From an uncultured Acholeplasmataceae bacterium (GTDB lineage Bacteria > Bacillota_I > Bacilli_A > Acholeplasmatales > Acholeplasmataceae), in contig CAKMKF010000040.1 of assembly GCA_927439925.1 (NCBI GenBank), forward strand, positions 1 through 62,032: DNA of 62,032 nt, given 5' to 3'. Shown piece after piece: positions 19,384 through 29,986 of this stretch. The position numbers and the translations under genes were made by a program. The notes under the pieces were generated by a model. That model was not told the DNA's origin. It saw nothing but the letters and a program-made list of their open reading frames with translations, and did no database searches. Within the stretch, counting starts at the first letter, position 1. Every line of letters begins with the position of its first letter.

Positions 19384-20110
19384 ATTCTTGATAAACTTTT
19401 ATGGAATCAATTTGAAAATGGTAAGGTAGGTCTTTATCGTCAATTTCACCAGCATACCATCCACCTACTGCAAGATTAATAATCATGAAATAAGGTTGAT
19501 CAAATGGCCATTCTGCGAATGTGTCATTTTTCTTTTTCTTAATCCGAAGTATCTCTTTAGAATCAATACCAAAAGATAAGTAGTCCTTCGTCCATTCTAG
19601 GCTATAATCATGAAATTCAGTAGATGCAGTCTCTAAAACTCTACGTCTTCCAATTTGTGTATCTATCTTATGGTTATATGCTTCAGTATGGATTGCGCAA
19701 GATACTAGACCTGGACGATTACCAGCAAATTCTAGTAAATCGATCTCACCACATTTTGGCCATCTAATATCTGTTTTTGTAGAACCTAAAAACCATATTG
19801 CTGGCCAAGAACCTTTACCAACTGGTGTTTTCGCTCTAACGATAAATTTCCCATATTGAAAATGTTTTTTCTTAAATGTATTGATTCGAGTCGATCTATA
19901 TTTACAATGTTCACCGGGATGGATAGAAGCAACTAAATTCAGTTTACCATCTTTGATATAACAATTATCAAGACTATCTACATAGCATTGAGATTCATTG
20001 TTTGACCATTTTTCTCCAACCTCAATGTTCCATACTTCAGGGTCTAGTTTGCCGTCTATTTCAAAGTTTTCTTCATATACTAACTTGTAATCCTTCATGC
20101 TATTCATCAT
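19382..20110 (-). CDS. GH16 laminarinase-type beta-glucanase, no signal peptide
   Basis: WPAIW, WPKCGEIDLLE (ExDxxE), WPFDQP...NLAVGG. Confidence 0.9.
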   Translation of the reverse strand: MMNSMKDYKLVYEENFEIDGKLDPEVWNIEVGEKWSNNESQCYVDSLDNCYIKDGKLNLVASIHPGEHCKYRSTRINTFKKKHFQYGKFIVRAKTPVGKGSWPAIWFLGSTKTDIRWPKCGEIDLLEFAGNRPGLVSCAIHTEAYNHKIDTQIGRRRVLETASTEFHDYSLEWTKDYLSFGIDSKEILRIKKKKNDTFAEWPFDQPYFMIINLAVGGWYAGEIDDKDLPYHFQIDSIKVYQE

Positions 20111-20276
20111 CCTTTTTCGTTTCTAATAATCATTTCACTCTATCTATTATACCAAAAAAAACATGAATAAGACCAACGTTCGAAATATAGTATAAATATC
20201 TTTGATTTTAACTTGTCCAAACGTATTATAAATGATAAAATGTTACTATATGATTACATCATACATGAGGAAAAAA

Positions 20277-20957
20277 ATGAAATATATTGCACATAGAGGA
20301 TTATCTTCTAAAGCACCAGAAAATACGATTCCAGCATTCGAGTTAGCTGCAAAAGAACAGCGTTATTTTGGAATAGAATGTGATGTACAAATGACTAAAG
20401 ATAATCAATTTGTCATATTTCACGATGATGATCTTCAACGAATGACAAAAGCGAAAGTTAGAGTAAGAGATTTAACTTATGAAGAGCTTATGGAATATAA
20501 CATTTCAAAGGGAAATGGTATAAAAAAATATAAGGATTTAAAAATTCCTTTGTTAACGGATTACTTAGAGATATGTTCTTTTCATAGTAAAACAGCAGTT
20601 ATTGAAGTGAAACATGTTCATGATATAACGATGCTAACCGATTTGATTAATTTATTAGATGATTATCCATCTTTAACAGTAATTATTATTTCATTCAATA
20701 TGAATTATCTAAAATACTTAAGAGCTATTACACAAGCTGAACTTCATTATTTATCAGATTCTATTACAGAAAGTGAAATCTATGATGCTAGAGTCAATCA
20801 ACTAGGTCTTTCTCTAAGGAAAGATATCATATCAAAAACACTTGTGAACAGACTTAAAAAAGAAGGTTTCAAAATTGCAGTCTATACTGTTAATGACACA
20901 AAAGATGCACTCAAATTTCAAAATTTAGGAATAGATTATTTAACAACAGACAAATAA
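20277..20957 (+). CDS. Glycerophosphodiester phosphodiesterase (cytoplasmic)
   Basis: AHRG, PENTIPAF, ECDV, HD, VYTVN, LTTD; start moved to ATG 20277. Confidence 0.9.
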   Translation: MKYIAHRGLSSKAPENTIPAFELAAKEQRYFGIECDVQMTKDNQFVIFHDDDLQRMTKAKVRVRDLTYEELMEYNISKGNGIKKYKDLKIPLLTDYLEICSFHSKTAVIEVKHVHDITMLTDLINLLDDYPSLTVIIISFNMNYLKYLRAITQAELHYLSDSITESEIYDARVNQLGLSLRKDIISKTLVNRLKKEGFKIAVYTVNDTKDALKFQNLGIDYLTTDK

Positions 20958-20975
20958 TAAGGGAGAATTAAAGTT

Positions 20976-21578
20976 ATGAAAATATCAGTAGGTGGGATGA
21001 TCGCATCCGGAAAGTCAACATTAGTTCAAAGATTAGGGAAAGAATTAGATTTACCAGTCATGGAAGAATTTGAAAAAGATGATGATGTGTTTAACACACT
21101 CTTAAAATGGCTATATGAACAAAGAAGTAATGTTGAGATGCTATTACAAATATACTTCATTCATAACCACTGGTTGAATCAACAAAAATATGACAATAGC
21201 TTTATCGTAGATAGAGATTTAGTGGAACACTGGTTATTTGCACAACACAATTTAAAATCAATGCCAACCATTATGAATATGTATAATGGGGTATTTCATG
21301 CGTATATGAATCAAATCAAGAAACCGGATTTATATTTAATTCTAGATGTAGATTGGGTAAACTTTAAAGATAGAGTTATGACTCGTGGTCGTGGTCAAGA
21401 AATCGAAAACTTTGATAAGAATAAAGAATATTTTTATAACTTAATGAAAGACTATACAACAAAAATTGCTGCACAATGTGCAGTTTATGAAATACCTTAT
21501 GTGATCATCAATACCAATGGTTTAACAGAAGACGAGGTCTTCAAGAAATCAATTGAAGCTATCAAGAAAGTCATGTAA
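20976..21578 (+). CDS. Deoxynucleoside kinase
   Basis: P-loop GMIASGKST, LQIYF, DR, PDL, RGR..E. Confidence 0.88.
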   Translation: MKISVGGMIASGKSTLVQRLGKELDLPVMEEFEKDDDVFNTLLKWLYEQRSNVEMLLQIYFIHNHWLNQQKYDNSFIVDRDLVEHWLFAQHNLKSMPTIMNMYNGVFHAYMNQIKKPDLYLILDVDWVNFKDRVMTRGRGQEIENFDKNKEYFYNLMKDYTTKIAAQCAVYEIPYVIINTNGLTEDEVFKKSIEAIKKVM

Positions 21579-21589
21579 AAAAATTGATG

Positions 21590-21613
21590 AAAAGCCCTCA
21601 CTTGAGGGCTTTT
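21590..21613 (+). terminator. Rho-independent terminator
   Basis: AAAAGCCCTCA-CT-TGAGGGCTTTT. Confidence 0.8.
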
Positions 21614-21635
21614 GTTGTCTAGAAAAGGGGCTATC

Positions 21636-22850
21636 ATGGAAACAATACACTTAACAAAAGAAGAACTAAAATCATTTTTAATTAGATATCAAGGCTTATC
21701 TTTTCCAAGTGAATTTGAAGGAGAAGAAGGCATTATTCAATTATTTAAACGACTCGGTAGTATTCAATACGATCCTTTAAATGTCATTGGTAAAAATGCT
21801 GATTTAGTTTTACAATCTAGAATACCTGGATATAAGGAATCTATGTTAATAAAGTTGTTATATCAAGACCGTGTGTTAGTAGATGGTTGGGATAAGATGA
21901 TGAGTATTTATCTAACATCTGATTTCCCATATTTTCATCATATAAGAAAAGCCAAAGATAAAGATATAAGAAGAACTTTAGATTACAGAAATCAATCAAA
22001 ATCGATGGATTATGTTGAAGATGTATTGGAATACATTAAAGAACATGGTCCTACATATCCTAAAGATATCGATTTAGGAAGTATCGAAAAAGGTATTTGG
22101 GGACATGGAAAGATTTCATCAGCTGTGTGTGACTACTTATGGAATATTGGACGTTTAGGAATTGTTGAAAAAAATAATGTTATCAAAAAATATGATTTAA
22201 TCGAAAACTTAATTGATCAAACATTGATCGATCACAATCCTGTATCTGATATGGATGACTTTCTGAAATGGTACGTGCTAAGAAGAATTGGTAGTATAGG
22301 AATTTATTGGAGTAAATCAGGACCAGGGTGGTATAACCATTTCATCTATAAGGAGACTTTAAGAAAACCAATTATAAAAGCTTTGGTAAAAGAAAATAAA
22401 CTCACTTTGGTAAAAGTTACTGGAATGAAGGAAGATTTTTATATTAGAAGTCAAGATATCCCAATTCTGAGAAATTCAAAAGATAATATAAAGAAAGTGA
22501 AATTCATCGCTCCTTTAGATAATCTTTTATGGGATAGAAAGTTCTTACTTCAAGTATTTGATTTTGATTATACTTGGGAAGTCTATGTTCCTGAAGGTAA
22601 GAGAAAATATGGATATTATGTCATTCCGGTCTTATATGGTAATGATTTAATCGCTAGATTTGAACCTAGTGGTAAAAGATCATTAAATGATTTTTCAATT
22701 AAAAATTGGTGGTGGGAAGAAGGTATAAATCCTACTGTAGAAATGATTGAAGAAATCATTATAGCATTTGAGAAGTTGACTGAAATGATTGGCGTTAACC
22801 AAATACCTGAGAAGACTATACTTAATATAATTCAAGCAAAATCACAATAG
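21636..22850 (+). CDS. YcaQ/AlkZ-family winged-helix DNA glycosylase (crosslink repair)
   Basis: IQYDPL (QxD), L..R, PLDNLLWDR, WEVYVP..KRKYGYYV.PVL. Confidence 0.85.
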   Translation: METIHLTKEELKSFLIRYQGLSFPSEFEGEEGIIQLFKRLGSIQYDPLNVIGKNADLVLQSRIPGYKESMLIKLLYQDRVLVDGWDKMMSIYLTSDFPYFHHIRKAKDKDIRRTLDYRNQSKSMDYVEDVLEYIKEHGPTYPKDIDLGSIEKGIWGHGKISSAVCDYLWNIGRLGIVEKNNVIKKYDLIENLIDQTLIDHNPVSDMDDFLKWYVLRRIGSIGIYWSKSGPGWYNHFIYKETLRKPIIKALVKENKLTLVKVTGMKEDFYIRSQDIPILRNSKDNIKKVKFIAPLDNLLWDRKFLLQVFDFDYTWEVYVPEGKRKYGYYVIPVLYGNDLIARFEPSGKRSLNDFSIKNWWWEEGINPTVEMIEEIIIAFEKLTEMIGVNQIPEKTILNIIQAKSQ

Positions 22851-22887
22851 AAAAAAGGAATGTTCCCAAACGGGTTCATTCCTTTTT
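22851..22887. terminator. Bidirectional terminator
   Basis: AAAAAAGGAATG..CCC-AAAC-GGG..CATTCCTTTTT. Confidence 0.8.
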
Positions 22888-22927
22888 CTCTTATAGGACT
22901 CTTAGAGGAAGAGTTGAAAAGTTCTTT

Positions 22928-25900
22928 TTATTCCGGTGCTGTAACGCTTAATGCTCTATTCAAGACGGTTACATTTCCATAATAATCTGTAACTGTATAA
23001 ATTAAGACATATTCGCCAACAGCTGTTGTATTGATTGTATAAAGCTTAGTTCCAGCATCATAAGTTACTAAACCAACGGTATCACTTGTAATCACAAGTG
23101 TAGTACCCTTAGAGAAGTCACCATATTTAACACCAGTAAGTGGGTTAAATACTGCATTTTGTACAACAGTTCCAGCTGGAGCGTAAATTCTTGGAGCTAT
23201 ATCATCTTTAGCGTATCCAATCAAGTCGATTGAAACGTCATCGAAGTATACTTTAGTTGCTGCACTGTTAGTAGGATTTAATGCATCGATTAGACCTAGG
23301 AAGAAGCCAACTTTAACATCTGCGTGACTCTTTAATTTATTCTGCAATACAACTTCATAAGTTACCCAATCTGTTGTAAGTGATACATCTTGCATTGTTA
23401 AGTTTTGGAATTCACTTGTTTCTTCCATAATGACTCTAATATCTCTAACTGCATCAGCTTTCGCTTTAAATGTTAATAGATATGTTGAACCTGATTCTGA
23501 TATAAATCCATTTCTTTGGAAGAATTGGATACTATGAGGAACAGTACCAACGAATGTAATATCGATTTCTAGATGTCCATCAACAAATTGATGAGGATTC
23601 CATGTGCCTGTACCTGTACCAGCTTTTAATGTCCAACCTGGATTGTTATCGAGGTTAGTAATGGTTTGTGATAATTCAAAGTCACCATCAATCATTTCAA
23701 AACGGTCTGCTACTGCATTTGCGTCAGTAACAACTGTAATAACTCTTGTGTGTGTTAAAACGTTTCCTGAAGCATCTTCAAGTGTATAAACAATATCATA
23801 ATCGCCAGGAACGTCAACATTAACTGTGCCAGTGTATGTAATATCTGTAGGAAGAAGTGCCTTATCTTGATGATCATAAACTCTTAATCCTAGCATAGGA
23901 TCAAATGTATTACCTTCTACCCAATAACCATCTAATGCGCCCCAAATTTGAGGAGCTTCTGTATCTGGTGATTTTTCGATAATACGTCTAACAACGACAT
24001 CATCAATATAAACTGTAGTAGGAACAGATAGACCGTGAATATTACCAACATAGAATCCAAACTTAGCGTTTGTTACAGTAGCAGTTGTGTGTGTGTATTC
24101 ATAAGTGTATTCTACCCAATCATTTTCTAAGTTGAAGAATGCTGAGAATTTAGCTCCACCTGATTCTAGATTTAATTGTAATGGTCTTGCTACATCAGCT
24201 TTAGCTTTAAATGTAATTTCATAAGTATGACCTTGAGTAGCTGTTCTATTTTGTTGATAGAATTGTACACCATAGAATAATGTCCATGGTTCAAATACAT
24301 CAATCTTAGCTACACCATCTTTAACTTCAATATTAAATTGACCACTTCCATGCCAACCCCAACCAAGTGTAGCAGGTTGTGCATAAGGAGTTAATTGTTC
24401 AACTTCCATATCACCATTAGCAAGTGTTAATGTGTTAGGTAGTTCACCACCAGCATCAGCAACAATAACATTTCTAGTCATTTCAGTAACATTACCTGAA
24501 CGGTCTGTTAATGTATAAGTTAATACATAATCGCCAGGAACATTGATATCAACTGTACCTGTAACAACGATAGAAGCGGATGTTAATGACTTATCTACGA
24601 TGTCAAATACTGAAATACCAAGTAGTGGGTCAAATGCGATACCTTGAGGAGTTTGAACTTCTTCAACACCAAACATTAATGGTGCATCATTATCGACTAG
24701 GTAACCAACTAATTCTAATTCAACATTGTCAAGATAGAAAGTAGTTGCTGGTGAATCCGGTTCAACTAGACCTACGAAGTAAGCGAACTTACCATTTGTA
24801 AATCCACCTGCAGGGATTGTAATAATCGATTCATAAGATGCCCAATCTGTAGTAATATCAACAACTTCAAACCAATTGACAACAGTACCAGCTTCTAAGG
24901 ATAAACGAACGGATCTTGCAAGATCGACTTTTGCATCGTAAGTTAGGCGATACATAGCTTGTGTTTCAATCACTCTATTTTGTTGATAGAATTGTGTTCC
25001 ATGAGGAACTGTACCAACGTTTGTAACAACTTGTGTCATGATACCATTACTGATTTCTACAGTAAATGTACCAGCACCATGCCATCCCCAACCATCAACA
25101 GCAGGTTGAGCATAAGGAGTTGTTTGAGGAGTTTCCATATCGCCATTGGTTACAAAGAATGTAGTATCTGGCATGTCAACTGCATCAACAACATGAATTG
25201 TTCTTTCATAAACTGCTTCATTTGCAGAAGCATCACTCACTGTGTAAGTTAGAACGTACTGTCCAACTGTAGTATGATCTACAGTACCAGCAACAACGAT
25301 ATCATCAACAGTTACATCTTTATCAACTGCATCAAATAACGTAACATTCATTAATGGGTCAAATGCAAAGTCTTTTAAGATCATGTATTCATCAACGCCA
25401 TATAATGTTGGAGCTTCAGTATCTACGATACCTTCAATTGTTTCAACTGTGATGTTATCAAGATAAACTGTTGTTGGAACTGAAGTAGAACCAACTAAGC
25501 CCATGAAGAATGCAAACTTACCATTTGTATAACCTGGAAGTAAGTGTTGGAATTCAATTGTATAAGTTGCCCAAGTTGTAGTAATATCGACCATTTGATC
25601 GAATCTTCTAGTTGTTCCTTGTTCAAGTGCTACTTGGATAGGACGAGCTAAATCTGCTCTTGCATCGAAAGTAACTTTATAGAATCTTCCTTGTTCAATG
25701 ATTCTATTTTGTTGATAGAATTGAACACCATAAGGAACTGTTCCTAAATTTGTAATATCAATCTTAGCGACGCCATCTTTGATTTGTGCATTAAATGTTC
25801 CAGCACCATGCCATCCCCAACCAAGTTCAGCAGGTTGAGCATATGGAGTTAATTGTTCAATTTCCATATCGCCATTGACAACTAGCCATGTAGAAGGAAC

Positions 25901-26995
25901 TAATCCGTCTAATACAGTAATTGTACGCGTAACGACGACTTCATTACCTGAAGCATCTTCTAAAGTATAAGTTAATACGTATTCACCAGCTGTTGTATTA
26001 TCTACTGTACCAGTAACGACGATATCTTCAACTGCTAAATCAACATCTTGATTATCACTAACAGTAATACCAGTTAGTGGATCGAATGCTTCATTCTTAC
26101 CAATTGTCTTAGCTGTTGCACCATTGATAACTGGAGCTTCAGTGTCTAATTCAACTTCAGTTTCAATGAATTTAATATTATCAAGATAAATCGTTGTAAG
26201 TTCACCAACAACATTTGGTGGATATCCAACCATTGTACCAGCACCAAATATCAATTTACCATTCGTAATTGTAGGTGCAGTTACATAAAATTCTACTTGG
26301 AATGTTTGCCATTCTGTTGTAAGTTGAACTGCTTGATCGAAGTAACCAACATATTGTGCATTTTCTAATTTAACAACCATAGGACGAGCGACATCTGCCT
26401 TAGCTTCGAATTCAAAAATGAAATTCGCTCCTTGAGGAACTGTTAAGTTAGGTTGTGAGAATTGTGAACTCCACCACTGATTACCAGCAGCAGTAATATC
26501 ATATTCTAATACGCCATCAACAACGACAGCTGTACTTGCTCCACCTTCACCAGCCCAATGTGTCCAAGTGCCTGATAGAGGCTCTGAGAAGTCACCATTT
26601 GTAATATATAGCTCTGATGTAGGAGCTACTCTAACAACGAGTTGACGTGTAGCAACTGCAGTATTTCCTGCTAAGTCAGCAACTGTATAGGTGAGTGTAT
26701 ATACACCTGCTACATCTACATCATACTCACCAGTTAATACGATTCTTGATGTAATGGTACCATCGATATTATCGATAGCAGTAATCCCTGTCATAGGATC
26801 CCATTCTTCATCACCAACATCTACAACTGCATCAGCTATTCCGAAGAATAAAGGATCGGTTGTGTCTACGACCGGAGTTGGAGTCGGCTCTACTGGAGTA
26901 GGAGTCGGTTCGACTGGAACTGTAGGGTCATCTTTACATGCAACAAGAAGTGTTGCGAATAAAAGAATAAATATAAGATAAATCGTTTTTTTCAT
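22928..26995 (-). CDS. Large surface lipoprotein with alternating Ig-like (DUF5011-type) and CBM4-like modules, no catalytic domain seen
   Basis: LLVAC lipobox, Pro/Thr linker, six D..AP...G...FDP.....G.Y.LTY modules alternating with five NGD(F/M)...Y...F.AKAD..R.....TT.W..Y....YLDN modules; ATG 26995 after GGAGG. Confidence 0.85.
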   Translation of the reverse strand: MKKTIYLIFILLFATLLVACKDDPTVPVEPTPTPVEPTPTPVVDTTDPLFFGIADAVVDVGDEEWDPMTGITAIDNIDGTITSRIVLTGEYDVDVAGVYTLTYTVADLAGNTAVATRQLVVRVAPTSELYITNGDFSEPLSGTWTHWAGEGGASTAVVVDGVLEYDITAAGNQWWSSQFSQPNLTVPQGANFIFEFEAKADVARPMVVKLENAQYVGYFDQAVQLTTEWQTFQVEFYVTAPTITNGKLIFGAGTMVGYPPNVVGELTTIYLDNIKFIETEVELDTEAPVINGATAKTIGKNEAFDPLTGITVSDNQDVDLAVEDIVVTGTVDNTTAGEYVLTYTLEDASGNEVVVTRTITVLDGLVPSTWLVVNGDMEIEQLTPYAQPAELGWGWHGAGTFNAQIKDGVAKIDITNLGTVPYGVQFYQQNRIIEQGRFYKVTFDARADLARPIQVALEQGTTRRFDQMVDITTTWATYTIEFQHLLPGYTNGKFAFFMGLVGSTSVPTTVYLDNITVETIEGIVDTEAPTLYGVDEYMILKDFAFDPLMNVTLFDAVDKDVTVDDIVVAGTVDHTTVGQYVLTYTVSDASANEAVYERTIHVVDAVDMPDTTFFVTNGDMETPQTTPYAQPAVDGWGWHGAGTFTVEISNGIMTQVVTNVGTVPHGTQFYQQNRVIETQAMYRLTYDAKVDLARSVRLSLEAGTVVNWFEVVDITTDWASYESIITIPAGGFTNGKFAYFVGLVEPDSPATTFYLDNVELELVGYLVDNDAPLMFGVEEVQTPQGIAFDPLLGISVFDIVDKSLTSASIVVTGTVDINVPGDYVLTYTLTDRSGNVTEMTRNVIVADAGGELPNTLTLANGDMEVEQLTPYAQPATLGWGWHGSGQFNIEVKDGVAKIDVFEPWTLFYGVQFYQQNRTATQGHTYEITFKAKADVARPLQLNLESGGAKFSAFFNLENDWVEYTYEYTHTTATVTNAKFGFYVGNIHGLSVPTTVYIDDVVVRRIIEKSPDTEAPQIWGALDGYWVEGNTFDPMLGLRVYDHQDKALLPTDITYTGTVNVDVPGDYDIVYTLEDASGNVLTHTRVITVVTDANAVADRFEMIDGDFELSQTITNLDNNPGWTLKAGTGTGTWNPHQFVDGHLEIDITFVGTVPHSIQFFQRNGFISESGSTYLLTFKAKADAVRDIRVIMEETSEFQNLTMQDVSLTTDWVTYEVVLQNKLKSHADVKVGFFLGLIDALNPTNSAATKVYFDDVSIDLIGYAKDDIAPRIYAPAGTVVQNAVFNPLTGVKYGDFSKGTTLVITSDTVGLVTYDAGTKLYTINTTAVGEYVLIYTVTDYYGNVTVLNRALSVTAPE
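26868..26925 (-). repeat. Short intragenic tandem repeat encoding (PVEPTPT)x2 linker
   Basis: Translation PTVPVEPTPTPVEPTPTPV; 21-nt imperfect unit. Confidence 0.75.
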
Positions 26996-27040
26996 TTGAA
27001 CCTCCGTTTTTTTTATGTTTACGTGGGGATTAACCACGAA

Positions 27041-29830
27041 TTAACCTTGAATTATTTTTCTTGACTTAAAGAATCTAAAACCGAAGAAGCCTGCTCCTGC
27101 AAGTGCAGCTGTTGAACCTGCAACGATTGCAGCAATTAAAATTGGACTCATACCATCTTCAGCTGGATCTACTGGTTCTTCTGGAATAACTGGTGGAATA
27201 GATAAAGTGATTTCTAATAAGTCACTTGTGATTGTAAAAGCTGTTCCGTCAGGTAATGTTGAGTTAAACGTTGTATAAGCATAATATGAACCAGGGTTTG
27301 TAGCAGTTAAAACATTACCACTTGCATCCAATGTAATTCCTGTACCACCATCATCAATTACATTATATGTAGGCATGTAAGGATAGGTTGTGCCATTTGG
27401 TGTTTCGATTTGTGCAGTTAATTTTAAATCTGTAGCATCTTCAACAAGTGCACTTAAAACATAATTTTCTAGTGTAAGTCTATTGAATGTATTTTCAAAA
27501 TAACCGATGTGATCTGTAGTCATTCCACCAATACCATAGTTATAGTATTGAGTCATGATTGGATATTCATTTAACGTCCATGGCCATACGGTTACTCCAC
27601 GGTGTGTAATCGCTTCAATGTATTCAAGTGTTAATGCACCGTAATTTGGATTTAAGGTTGAATTAATAGGAATAATAGTTGAGAAAGTATTGGTTAATGA
27701 AGTATTTACGTTTTGTGCATTTAATACAGCACCAGTTAATAAACCATTTGATATTTCAGGATATTCTTCATTCATTGTAAGTATGTTTTGTGAAGCGAAT
27801 GCAATGATTGCGACTTGGCTGTACATATCCATTTCTTCGATAAGTTCAGCAACTAAATCGACTAGAAGAGGCATTGTAGGTTTAATTTCTACATAGATTA
27901 CGACATCTTTACCCTTAAACTCTTCAAAATATTCACGAAGTGTAGGCATTTTTAAATCAGTTCGACCACCAATAGGGTCTGCGAGATTTAATGCTTTTAA
28001 GTCAGCTAAGAATGAGTTGACAATGGTTAAAGGATCGTGCGCTGGAGCTGTTCTAGCTGTAGTATTATCATGCATAATGACAACTTCCAAATCCATTGTT
28101 AAATGAACATCAAGTTCTAATATGTCGGCACCTCGTAAATATGCTTCTTGAGCTGCTTCAATTGTATTTTCAGGAGCAGAACTTAGTGTTCCTGCATATA
28201 AACCACGGTGTGCAATCATTAATGGTCTTCTTACGTGAGTTGTTTCAGTGAATAATGCATACTTTTCGAAGATACCTTCATAATGATTAGATAAAATACC
28301 GTTTGCACCAGAAAGTATTGCTTTGAATTGTGATACATCATCATCACCAGTTGATACCCAAACAGTCATTGCTCTTTGTTGCATGTAGAGTACTTGATCT
28401 TGAGTAAGTAGACGCGCTGGAATAATAGATGCAACTGCTTGTGCACTATTGGTTTGTCTTCTGATATTCACTAATTCTTCATTAGATAATGAGTTAACAG
28501 TATCCATTTCATAATTCATGACACCACGAATGACAGCATGAATGTCTCTAGCAGCAAGTATTGCTTCTGCGTTATCTGAGACTAAGAATAAATCGTATAT
28601 TCGTAATCTCTTTAACTCAGTAGCTAATGCAGCAGCGATTACAGAATCATTGGTATAAAATGCTGGAATTACCATACCATCAACGGCCAATAATGCTTCC
28701 TCTAAGGATAGAAGTACTGTTCCTGCACCATTGACTACATTTAAATCATCATTGATTCTAAATATTGTAGTTGCTGGACGAACTTCTGCAGTAAAGTCAT
28801 CAACTTGTGATAATTCATCAAACCATACAAGTGTTGTTGCAGGTGCAACAATACCAGTTTCTGGTTGATAGACATCAACAACAGTTGCGTATTGATATTT
28901 TTCTTCTTCGATGTAATCCACAGGTAGTGTTATTTTAATATTGTCATAGTAAACAGTGGCATTATCCGCTTGTACACCTATGCGACCATGCGTGAACTCA
29001 AATGCATTGTCATAAGTCATGATTTCAGTATCGTTAATATATTCTTTAACTGTAGTATCCTTAACATCGACTTTTAGGTTGTAAAATGTTCCTGTATTGA
29101 GTTGTTCTGTATAAGCCGCAGTCATTGGAACATTCCAATTGCCTTCAACACGTTTTGCAAACTCAACACCATTTGCTGCAGTAGCATCTTGACGAATTGC
29201 CATTTGGAAGTAATTTTCAGTTGTATATCTAAATAAGACTGAAGTCCATCTTGATGGGTTAGTAGCAGAAGTCATACGCATATCTGTTTCTATAATATAA
29301 TTTGAGAATCCAGAAAGATATGTAGGAAATAATACAATCGTTAGCGGACTTAATAATAATCTTTCATTATCGATTGCAGCAGATCCACCTGCAGCACCAA
29401 CATTATTATAAAGATTAAGAGTATTTGGGATTGCTCCACTAGGTACTCCTGTAAAATCTTGTTCGTAAATGACGTATTCAGTATCTGTTTCTAATTTAGA
29501 TATTAAATAAAGCGTCATGTTATTGGATTGATAACTAAATCCAATAGGGAATACTCCTTTTTCCGATACTGATATCGAATTAGCAGTAATTGTTACACTT
29601 GGGTTTGCACTCGCGATTGTAGCTTCATTTAAGAAGATCTCACCGAATGCTCCTTTAACTTTAATAGTTCTTGTGTCAATGACTTCATCGACATCAGCAA
29701 GAATGTGATTGAATTGAGTTGTTAATGTTCTGTTGACAGTAGCTGCTTCAATTTGACTAGTAGCACCAAATCTTCCAAACATCATTAAACTCAATAAAAG
29801 CAGTAAAACGATTGTAAATTTCTTTTTCAT
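27041..29830 (-). CDS. Membrane-anchored exported glycerophosphodiester phosphodiesterase with DUF1080-like beta-sandwich domain
   Basis: Signal peptide; DUF1080-like region (...LKVDV....KEYIN....GRIGVQ.....YDNIKI); GDPD motifs IAHRG, PENT, ELDV, HD, VWPWTLN, TTD; C-terminal TM with basic tail. Confidence 0.82.
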   Translation of the reverse strand: MKKKFTIVLLLLLSLMMFGRFGATSQIEAATVNRTLTTQFNHILADVDEVIDTRTIKVKGAFGEIFLNEATIASANPSVTITANSISVSEKGVFPIGFSYQSNNMTLYLISKLETDTEYVIYEQDFTGVPSGAIPNTLNLYNNVGAAGGSAAIDNERLLLSPLTIVLFPTYLSGFSNYIIETDMRMTSATNPSRWTSVLFRYTTENYFQMAIRQDATAANGVEFAKRVEGNWNVPMTAAYTEQLNTGTFYNLKVDVKDTTVKEYINDTEIMTYDNAFEFTHGRIGVQADNATVYYDNIKITLPVDYIEEEKYQYATVVDVYQPETGIVAPATTLVWFDELSQVDDFTAEVRPATTIFRINDDLNVVNGAGTVLLSLEEALLAVDGMVIPAFYTNDSVIAAALATELKRLRIYDLFLVSDNAEAILAARDIHAVIRGVMNYEMDTVNSLSNEELVNIRRQTNSAQAVASIIPARLLTQDQVLYMQQRAMTVWVSTGDDDVSQFKAILSGANGILSNHYEGIFEKYALFTETTHVRRPLMIAHRGLYAGTLSSAPENTIEAAQEAYLRGADILELDVHLTMDLEVVIMHDNTTARTAPAHDPLTIVNSFLADLKALNLADPIGGRTDLKMPTLREYFEEFKGKDVVIYVEIKPTMPLLVDLVAELIEEMDMYSQVAIIAFASQNILTMNEEYPEISNGLLTGAVLNAQNVNTSLTNTFSTIIPINSTLNPNYGALTLEYIEAITHRGVTVWPWTLNEYPIMTQYYNYGIGGMTTDHIGYFENTFNRLTLENYVLSALVEDATDLKLTAQIETPNGTTYPYMPTYNVIDDGGTGITLDASGNVLTATNPGSYYAYTTFNSTLPDGTAFTITSDLLEITLSIPPVIPEEPVDPAEDGMSPILIAAIVAGSTAALAGAGFFGFRFFKSRKIIQG

Positions 29831-29852
29831 TTGTTACACCTCTTTGTATGTG

Positions 29853-29866
29853 GGAAAACGATTTCC
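29853..29866. promoter_or_regulatory. LacI-type operator
   Basis: GGAAAACGATTTCC, palindrome with central CG, in the leader of the GDPD-CBM operon. Confidence 0.8.
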
Positions 29867-29908
29867 TAATTTTTAAAAAAATATAAGCGCAACCCCTTGT
29901 CACTGATG

Positions 29909-29922
29909 GGAAAACGGTTTCC
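29909..29922. promoter_or_regulatory. LacI-type operator
   Basis: ATG-GGAAAACGGTTTCC-CAT extended palindrome. Confidence 0.82.
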
Positions 29923-29986
29923 CATTTTGTGTAAAAAAATAGTGCTTCTTCAGTTATTACTTAAGCTAACACCGCTCAAACATATA

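Noticed and set aside
22928-26995. Long internal repeats as possible CRISPR array or mobile repeat
   Set aside because: Repeats are in-frame, degenerate protein-domain duplications; no fixed repeat-spacer pattern and no cas genes.
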